Of a stretch of DNA of 64,000 nt, positions 57,574 to 64,000 are shown in pieces; within the stretch, counting starts at the first letter, position 1; the number at the start of each line of letters is the position of its first letter. Under the pieces are notes generated by a model that was given only the letters and a program-made list of their open reading frames with translations, searched no databases and had not been told where the DNA came from. Source of the stretch: an uncultured delta proteobacterium (GTDB lineage: Bacteria; Myxococcota_A; UBA9160; SMWR01); contig CAWHTE010000008.1 in the NCBI GenBank assembly GCA_963832165.1, positions 1 through 64,000 of the forward strand, read 5' to 3'. The translations under genes and the position numbers were made by a program.

Positions 57574-58812
57574 ATGATCGATCGCGGCGACACCGCCTGG
57601 ATACTCACGTCCACCGCGCTCGTACTGTTCATGACGATTCCGGGGCTCTCGTTGTTCTACGCAGGGCTCGTGCGAACCAAGAACGTGCTGTCCGTCCTGA
57701 TGCACTGCTTCGTGCTCACGGCGTTGATCACGCTCTTGTGGCTCGCGTACGGCTACAGCATCGCGTTCGACACGACCGGCATGCAGGCCGGCGTCGTGAA
57801 CTTCCATTCGTTCGTCGGAAGTCTCGAGAAGGCCTTCCTCGCCGGGGTGGGAGTCGACTCGGTGTCGGGCACGATCCCCGAGCCGCTGTTCTTCGCGTTC
57901 CAGATGACGTTCGCGATCATTACACCGGCGCTGATCGTGGGCGCATTCGCCGAGCGCATGAAGTTCTCGGCAATGCTCTGGTTCATGGTGGGCTGGCTCA
58001 CGCTCGTCTACCTGCCCGTGTGTCACATGACGTGGGGCGGCCCGGGCGGCTTCTTCTTCGATCTGGGCGTGCTCGATTTCGCGGGCGGAATCGTCGTACA
58101 CATCACGGCCGGCGTCGCCGCGCTCGTGGTCGCCGTGGTGCTGGGCGTGCGGCGCGGCTGGCCCACGTCGCCGATGGCACCGCACAACCTCACGCTCACG
58201 GTCATGGGCACGGGGATGCTCTGGGTGGGCTGGTTCGGATTCAACGCGGGTAGCGCGCTCGGCGCGACCGGCGGCGCGGCAATGGCCCTGGTCGTCACGC
58301 AGGTCTCGGCCGCCACCGCGGCGCTCACCTGGATGGGGATCGAGTGGATCCGCTCCGGACGCCCCTCCGTGCTCGGGATCGTCACGGGCAGCGTCGCGGG
58401 CCTGGCCGCGGTTACACCGGCGTCGGGATTCATCGGCCCGGTCGGCGCGCTCGGCATCGGCGTCGCGTCGGGTACGGCGTGCTACTTCGCTTCGGTGGTG
58501 TTGAAGGCCCGGATTGGCTACGACGACTCGCTCGACGTGTTTGGCGTGCACGGAGTCGGGGGATTCCTCGGCACCGTGTTGGTCGGGTTGTTCGCGTCGG
58601 AGATCTTCGGCGGGCTCAAGGGCGACCTCGGCATCGGCCGGCAGCTCGGCATCCAGCTGCTCGCGGCCTCGCTCACGGCGGTCTACACCGCGGGGATGAC
58701 CTACGCGCTCGCCAAGGTGGTGGACGCGCTGGTCGGGCTCCGCATCGAGGAGATCGGCGAGGAGCTGGGGCTCGACCTGCACCAGCACGGAGAGAGCGGG
58801 TACAACCTGTAA
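57574..58812 (+). CDS. amtB: Ammonium transporter
   Basis: GDTAWIL, FQMTFAIITPALI.GA.AER, DFAGGIVVH, LWVGWFGFNAGS, DDSLDVFGVHG. Confidence 0.96.
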   Translation: MIDRGDTAWILTSTALVLFMTIPGLSLFYAGLVRTKNVLSVLMHCFVLTALITLLWLAYGYSIAFDTTGMQAGVVNFHSFVGSLEKAFLAGVGVDSVSGTIPEPLFFAFQMTFAIITPALIVGAFAERMKFSAMLWFMVGWLTLVYLPVCHMTWGGPGGFFFDLGVLDFAGGIVVHITAGVAALVVAVVLGVRRGWPTSPMAPHNLTLTVMGTGMLWVGWFGFNAGSALGATGGAAMALVVTQVSAATAALTWMGIEWIRSGRPSVLGIVTGSVAGLAAVTPASGFIGPVGALGIGVASGTACYFASVVLKARIGYDDSLDVFGVHGVGGFLGTVLVGLFASEIFGGLKGDLGIGRQLGIQLLAASLTAVYTAGMTYALAKVVDALVGLRIEEIGEELGLDLHQHGESGYNL

Positions 58813-58863
58813 GCGCGCGCCCGCGATGCTCCGCGTCGCCCCGCCCGCCCTACAATTCGCAGC

Positions 58864-59304
58864 GTGGCGGACGAAGGCGACATTCCCGTGCGGCGCGGCG
58901 TGGTGATTCCGGCTTCCGAGCTCGAGGAGACCGCGAGCCGATCGAGCGGACCGGGTGGCCAGCACGTCAACAAATCGAACACGCGCGTGACCCTGCGCTG
59001 GTGCGTTCGCGACAGCGCGGCGCTCGATCCAGCCGCGCGGCGCCGCGTGGAGGAGCGGCTCGGCGCGCGCGTGACGCGCGCTGGAGAGCTGATCGTCCAC
59101 GCGCAGAGCCACCGGTCGCGAGCGCGCAACCGCGAGCTCGCACGCGAGCGTCTCGCCGCGCTCGTGCGCGACGCGCTGCACACGCGGGCACCGCGCGTTC
59201 CGACGCGCGCGGGCGCCGGAGTGCGCGCGCGCGGGCGCGACGCGAAGCGCCGGCACAGCACGCGCAAGCGCGCGCGACGACCCGTGCGCGACGAGGACGC
59301 GTGA
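58864..59304 (+). CDS. arfB: Alternative ribosome-rescue peptidyl-tRNA hydrolase ArfB
   Basis: SRSSGPGGQHVNK (GGQ motif) and a basic C-terminal tail. Confidence 0.92.
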   Translation: MADEGDIPVRRGVVIPASELEETASRSSGPGGQHVNKSNTRVTLRWCVRDSAALDPAARRRVEERLGARVTRAGELIVHAQSHRSRARNRELARERLAALVRDALHTRAPRVPTRAGAGVRARGRDAKRRHSTRKRARRPVRDEDA

Positions 59305-59963
59305 CCCCGGAGCTGTTCCCGTCCGGTGTGTGTGTCGCGTCGGGACCGAGCGGGGTCGACGCCCCGCTCCACCCCGACGAAGCGGAGCTCGCGCGCACGA
59401 TGGGACCCGCGCGGCGGCGCGAGTTCGCGGAGGGCCGCGCGTGTGCCCGGCGAGCGATCGCCGCGCTCGGTGTGCCCGGCGGGCCCGTGTTGCGCGGCCT
59501 GCGCCGCTCTCCGCAGTTTCCGGACGGCGTGATCGGATCGATCACGCACACGAGCGGGTTCTGTGCCGCGGCGGTCGCGCGCCGCACGTCCTTCGCGGGC
59601 ATCGGCCTCGACGCCGAGCAGGACGCGGCCCTCTCGGAACGCGCCGTCGCGCGCATCTGTACGCCGGGCGAGCTCGAGGCGCTGCACGCGCTGCGCGGCC
59701 GCAGTGCGCAGTGCTGGGGAGCGGTCGTGTTCTCGGCCAAGGAGAGCCTGTACAAGGCCTACTTTCCGATCACGGGAGTCTTCATCGGGTTCCGCGACGC
59801 CGAGATCGCGCTATTCCCGGAAGCAGGCGACGCGGGGCGCTTCGAGGCCCGCCTGGTCCGCGCCGACGCGCCCGACGCCGCGGGGCAGCGCCGCTTCGAG
59901 GGTCGCTATGCGTCCGATGGCGCGCGCGTGCTGACCGGCCTCGTCGTTCCCCACCGCTACTGA
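59301..59963 (+). CDS. 4'-phosphopantetheinyl transferase (EntD/Sfp-like)
   Basis: RRREFAEGRACARRA, GSITHT, GIGLDAE, FSAKESLYKA. Confidence 0.9.
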   Translation: MTPELFPSGVCVASGPSGVDAPLHPDEAELARTMGPARRREFAEGRACARRAIAALGVPGGPVLRGLRRSPQFPDGVIGSITHTSGFCAAAVARRTSFAGIGLDAEQDAALSERAVARICTPGELEALHALRGRSAQCWGAVVFSAKESLYKAYFPITGVFIGFRDAEIALFPEAGDAGRFEARLVRADAPDAAGQRRFEGRYASDGARVLTGLVVPHRY

Positions 59964-60310
59964 ATGCGGATGCGCCCCGAGAACCCCTCTTCGTAGCCGT
60001 GGAAATACTCGAGCTGTTCCTCGGGCCAGCGCCAGCAGTAGTAGCCGCGGCCGTTGTCGAAGTCGACGAGCCAGCGGCCCTTCACCTCGACACCGAGCGC
60101 CTCCATCGCGCGCACCCAGTCCGCCACTGCGCTCGCGAGCTCCTTCTCGAGCGCCACGCGTGCGGCGTCGTCGCCCTCGCGGACGTCTCCACGGCGTGCC
60201 TCGATCGCGTCGACCGCCTCCACCGCCCGCGCGGTGATCCGGCGCACTTCGACCGCGATCTCGCGCGCGGCCCCGAGGCTCCACGAACGCTCATCCCGCT
60301 CGTCCATCAC
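59957..60310 (-). CDS. DUF2203-like protein
   Basis: LGVEVKGRWLVDF..YYCWRWPE..YFHGYEEGFSGR. Confidence 0.8.
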   Translation of the reverse strand: MMDERDERSWSLGAAREIAVEVRRITARAVEAVDAIEARRGDVREGDDAARVALEKELASAVADWVRAMEALGVEVKGRWLVDFDNGRGYYCWRWPEEQLEYFHGYEEGFSGRIRIQ

Positions 60311-60312
60311 CC

Positions 60313-61266
60313 CTACTGCTCCACTTCCTCGTCACCCGACATCTGGATCAACGTGCGCACGACGGTACTGCGCTGCGCGCCGCCGACGACGCGCTTGAGA
60401 TCCTCGTAGAGCGTCGGATCATTGAGCAGCATGCCGAGGGTGCCCTCGCCCGTGTCGAGCTTTGCGAGGATGCTGTTCAGGCGCGCACCTGCATCGAGCA
60501 CTTCGAGCACGACGTCCTGCTCCGTGAGAGGCTCGTATACCAGGCTGTGGAGCAGGCCGTTGCCCGTCGCAATTTCGTTCAGGATCGACTCGAAGGTGGC
60601 GAGCGACTGGTTGAGGCTGGCCATTCCACTGCCCTCGTGTTCGTCGTAGATCAGGCTGTGCAGCAGCCCATTGCCGTGTTGGATCTCCGAGACGATGTCG
60701 GAGACCGACGCGACCGTATCCGCGAGGCCCTTGCCGCCTTCCTTCTCGCCGCTCTGGAATCCCGCCACCACCACGTTGAGGTTCTTCGCGAGCGTCGCGA
60801 TGTTGTCGAGCGCCTGCGCGCCCGTGTCGATCACGCGCGCGAGGTTGACGGGATTCGCCACCCGGATCTCCCCGCCGTCCTCGAGCCGGGGCTCGGTCGG
60901 CGATCCCAGCGAGATCTCGACATAGCGATCGCCGAGCAGGCCGACCGTGCCGATCGAGGCCGCGGAATCCGCGCGGATCCGCTCCTGGACCTCCTCGTCT
61001 ACCGAGAGCTCCACCTTCACCGCAGGTCGGCCGTCCGGACGCGCGCCGAGCTCCACGCTCTCGACGCGTCCCACGCGCGTGCCCGCGAGCCAGACCGGCG
61101 CGTTCGGAATCAGCCCTTGGACGTTCTCGTAGTAGCCGACCAGGCGATAGCGGCCACCGAACACGCTCTCCTGGGTCGACAGCGACAGGATCGCGAGCGC
61201 GAGCGCGACGAGTGCCGCGAGCGCAAACGACCCCACGATCAGGCTGGTCCGCCTCCGGTCATACAT
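60313..61266 (-). CDS. mlaD: MCE/MlaD family protein
   Basis: TM, VQGLIPNAPVWLAGTRVGRV, GLLGDRYVEI, helical tail GTLGMLLNDPTLY. Confidence 0.88.
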   Translation of the reverse strand: MYDRRRTSLIVGSFALAALVALALAILSLSTQESVFGGRYRLVGYYENVQGLIPNAPVWLAGTRVGRVESVELGARPDGRPAVKVELSVDEEVQERIRADSAASIGTVGLLGDRYVEISLGSPTEPRLEDGGEIRVANPVNLARVIDTGAQALDNIATLAKNLNVVVAGFQSGEKEGGKGLADTVASVSDIVSEIQHGNGLLHSLIYDEHEGSGMASLNQSLATFESILNEIATGNGLLHSLVYEPLTEQDVVLEVLDAGARLNSILAKLDTGEGTLGMLLNDPTLYEDLKRVVGGAQRSTVVRTLIQMSGDEEVEQ

Positions 61267-62047
61267 GGGCGTATCCTTTCTCGAGTTCGTCGGGCGCATC
61301 GAAACTGCCGTCGAGGAACGCGCGCACGTCGGCGTTCTCCGAGTCGCGGATCTCGTCGGCCGTGCCCAGCGCCGCGATCCGGCCGTCCTTGAGCAGCGCG
61401 ACACGGTCGGAGATCGCGAAGCAGAGCTCGAGCTCGTGCGTCACCACTACCGAGGTCACCTGCAGCTCCTGTTGCAGCGTCCCGATCAGATCCGCGATCC
61501 GGCGCTGGTTGGCGGGATCGAGGCCCGTCGTGGGCTCGTCGTAGAGTATGACGCGGGGCTCGAGCGCTACACCACGCGCCACACCGACGCGTTTGCGCAT
61601 TCCGCCCGAGAGCTCCGAGGGCATCTTGCGCTCGGCGCCCGGGAGCCCGACCGCGGCGAGCGACTGCGCCACGCGCTCGGCGATCCGCTCTTCGGGCCAG
61701 CGCATGTGCTCGCGCAGCGGATAGGCGACGTTCTCGAAGACCGTGAGCGAGTCGAACAGCGCGGCGCTCTGGAAGATCATCGACACCGCGGTGCGAACGC
61801 CCGTCAGCTCGTGCTCGGGCAGCTCGGTGATGTCGGTTCCGAGCACGCGCACGCTGCCCCGATCGGGGCGCAAGAGGCCGATCATGTGCTTCAGGCAGAC
61901 CGACTTGCCGCTGCCCGATCCGCCCAGAATCGTGAAGGTCTCCCCCTCACGGATCGCGAGATCGACGCCGGAGAGCACGGGCTGGCGCTGGAACGACTTG
62001 TGAATGCCCGAGAGCTCGATCACCACACCGCCGTCGGCGCCGCTCAC
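61259..62047 (-). CDS. mlaF: MlaF/Mkl-type ABC transporter ATPase
   Basis: GGSGSGKS, FQSAALFDSL, ELSGGMRKRVG, LYDEPTTGLDP, VVTH. Confidence 0.92.
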   Translation of the reverse strand: MSGADGGVVIELSGIHKSFQRQPVLSGVDLAIREGETFTILGGSGSGKSVCLKHMIGLLRPDRGSVRVLGTDITELPEHELTGVRTAVSMIFQSAALFDSLTVFENVAYPLREHMRWPEERIAERVAQSLAAVGLPGAERKMPSELSGGMRKRVGVARGVALEPRVILYDEPTTGLDPANQRRIADLIGTLQQELQVTSVVVTHELELCFAISDRVALLKDGRIAALGTADEIRDSENADVRAFLDGSFDAPDELEKGYAHV

Positions 62048-62841
62048 AGGATCACCATCAGCTGGGTCAGAAAGAAGTCGCTCACGAGCACACCGATCGA
62101 AGCCACCACCACGCTGCGCGTCGTGGCCTGCCCGACGCCGACCGTGCCGCCCGTGGTCTGCAGCGCCATCGCGCAGCCCACCATCGCAATCAGCCAGCCG
62201 AACACGAACGTCTTGGCGAGGCCCGAGAACAGATCGTTGACCGTGACCGTGTTGCTGATCGTCTGGATGTAGAAGTTCGGATCGATCCCGAACTGGCTCC
62301 ACGAGAGCACGAGCCCGCCGAAAGCCCCGAGCACGTCGGCGAGGATCGTGAGCAGCGGCAGCGCGAGCGTGGCGGCAACGACGCGCGGCAGCACGAGCTT
62401 CTGCACCGGATCGGCACCCATCGAGCGGATCGCATCGACCTGCTCGGTCACCTGCATCGCGCCGATCTCGGCGGTGATGCCCGCGCCGACGCGCCCGCCC
62501 ACCATGAGCGCCGTGAGCACGGGGCCGAGCTCGCGCGCGAGCGAGAGCCCGACCACGGCGCCGACGTAGGGCTTCGCCCCGAAGCGCGCCAGTGCGATGC
62601 CGGTCTGCAGCGCGAGCACCATGCCCGTGAACAGCGCCGTGATGAGCACGATCGTGCTCGAGCGCGCGCCGATCGCCTCCATCTGCCGCAGCACTTCGAG
62701 CCAGGGGAAGCGCGGTCGCAGCGCTGCGCGCGCGGTCTGGCCCACGAGCAGCGTGAAGTAGCCGAGCCGATCGATCGCCTCGAGTACGCGGTCCCCGAGT
62801 CGGACGATCTCGTGTGCAGCAACCCGCGTCGGCGCGCTCAC
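62044..62841 (-). CDS. mlaE: MlaE family ABC permease
   Basis: FTGMVLALQ, RELGPVLTALMVGGRVGAGITAEIGAMQVTEQVDA, GVGQATTRSVV. Confidence 0.93.
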   Translation of the reverse strand: MSAPTRVAAHEIVRLGDRVLEAIDRLGYFTLLVGQTARAALRPRFPWLEVLRQMEAIGARSSTIVLITALFTGMVLALQTGIALARFGAKPYVGAVVGLSLARELGPVLTALMVGGRVGAGITAEIGAMQVTEQVDAIRSMGADPVQKLVLPRVVAATLALPLLTILADVLGAFGGLVLSWSQFGIDPNFYIQTISNTVTVNDLFSGLAKTFVFGWLIAMVGCAMALQTTGGTVGVGQATTRSVVVASIGVLVSDFFLTQLMVIL

Positions 62842-63458
62842 GGCGTCTCCTCTGTTGCGGGCGCACCCGACGCGCTGGCCGCGGCCGCACCGCTCTGCGG
62901 CTCCACAGCGAGCGTGTGCCACCACGCTTCGAAATCGCTTTCGGCCTGCTCGAAGGCGCTGGCATCGCGCGCGACCAACACCCAGTCGAGCGCGCAGCCA
63001 TTGGCCGCGAACGTCACGGTCTTCACGCGCACCGCACCGCCCGCCGCATCGGCATCGAATACCGCCTGCCAGCCTGTGAGCGCGCCAAGCTCCACCGGTC
63101 CCGCCTCACGCACGACATACGCCGGAATCCCGATCCGCAGATGACGCGCGAGGTACTCGGGACGTGCGAGCGGCCCACCGCAGCGCGAGGAGAACGTCAT
63201 GCGAGCCAGCCCTGCCGGCTGCGGTTCGCCTGCGTCCGACCGCTCGTACGCGAGCAGGCTGCCGTCGACGCTCTCGTGTCGCCAGGGCGGATCCGCCGCG
63301 GGGGGAGCACCGAGCCGGTAGCCGTGCCGCGGGTTGACGAACCCCCCATCGGTTGGCACCAGAGGATTGGCGGCAGCGCAACCCCAGAGCACGGGCACCA
63401 CGAGCACTACACTGGCCCAGGTCGCTCGTGCGCGACGCGCGCGCCTTGCACCGCCCAT
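62838..63458 (-). CDS. Hypothetical lipoprotein, first gene of the mla operon
   Basis: Basic N-region, hydrophobic stretch and LWGC lipobox; the stop overlaps the mlaE start (GTGA). Confidence 0.6.
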   Translation of the reverse strand: MGGARRARRARATWASVVLVVPVLWGCAAANPLVPTDGGFVNPRHGYRLGAPPAADPPWRHESVDGSLLAYERSDAGEPQPAGLARMTFSSRCGGPLARPEYLARHLRIGIPAYVVREAGPVELGALTGWQAVFDADAAGGAVRVKTVTFAANGCALDWVLVARDASAFEQAESDFEAWWHTLAVEPQSGAAAASASGAPATEETP

Positions 63459-63506
63459 CGCGTGCCGAGCCTACCCGATCCACAGCACGCAGCCCATAAT
63501 CGCCGT

Positions 63507-64000
63507 GTGTCGGACGCACGCGCCACCCGGAACGCGCAGCCCGGGGCCGACCCGGCACCCGCCCCGATCGTGCTCGCGAGCGCCTCGCCGCGTCGCTCTT
63601 GGCTGCTCGCCCGCGCCGGGGTCGCCTTCGAAGCGCGCCCCGCACACCTCGACGAGACACCGCGCCGCGACGAGGCGCCCGCCGAAACGCTCGTGCGCCT
63701 CGCGCGCGCGAAGGCGCTCGCGGTCGCACTTGCGATCGGGGAGCCCGGCCGGCTCGTGCTCGGCGCCGATACCGGGGTCGTGCTCGGCGACCGGCTGTTC
63801 GGCAAGCCCCGCGATCCCGAGGATGCGATCGAGATGCTCGCGCAGCTCGCGGGTCACACCCATCGCGTGATCACCGAGGTCGCGATCGCGGAGTCCGGCG
63901 GACGCCGCATCTGGCAGTGCGGAGCGACCAGTCTCGTGACACTGCGCGCTGCCACTCGCGACGAGCTCGCGCGCTATGTGGCCGGCGGGGAGCCGCTCGA
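63507..64000 (+). CDS. maf: Maf family nucleotide pyrophosphatase, 3' partial
   Basis: Read manually: IVLASASPRRSWLL, LDET, RLARAKA, LGADT, FGKPRD, MLAQLAGHTHRVIT; runs off the window end. Confidence 0.88.
   Translation, partial: MSDARATRNAQPGADPAPAPIVLASASPRRSWLLARAGVAFEARPAHLDETPRRDEAPAETLVRLARAKALAVALAIGEPGRLVLGADTGVVLGDRLFGKPRDPEDAIEMLAQLAGHTHRVITEVAIAESGGRRIWQCGATSLVTLRAATRDELARYVAGGEPL

Overview
A GC-rich, gene-dense bacterial chromosomal segment. Gene content (two Lon paralogues, PilZ proteins, a GspC-N type II secretion cluster with a PilM-like GspL) suggests a Myxococcota-like deltaproteobacterium; this is inference. In order it holds: (1) an Rrf2-JAB peptidase-TolB-like-sat-ald sulfur operon; (2) RNase R, tRNA-Leu(CAG) with a duplicated 3' end, a TPR gene and lon; (3) a minus-strand run of penicillin-acylase-like, catalytically degenerate DinB-like, PilZ, gpgS, PadR-REC, REC-REC-PilZ and enoyl-CoA hydratase genes; (4) gap-pgk-tpiA-secG-tRNA-Leu(GAG)-class I aldolase; (5) dnaK-hsp20-lon-OmpA/MotB-glycerate kinase-ABC1 kinase-flavin reductase; (6) gspC-N running into ArsR/methyltransferase-HAD-tldD-tldE-MBL-HEAT; (7) a CoA-transferase, the rubrerythrin/Fe-S oxidoreductase/DUF3501 cluster, amt, arfB, a PPTase, mlaDEF and the start of maf. 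I found no transposase, integrase, CRISPR array or rRNA. The least explained signals are non-coding: two ~170-nt hairpin elements with identical ends but unrelated self-complementary interiors, an adjacent ~200-nt structured RNA-like element, and a 27-bp repeat showing covariation. Also notable are a pair of adjacent apparent pseudoenzymes and several unusual domain fusions. Several single-base frameshifts (pgk, tldD, secG, TPR gene) are probably sequencing errors.
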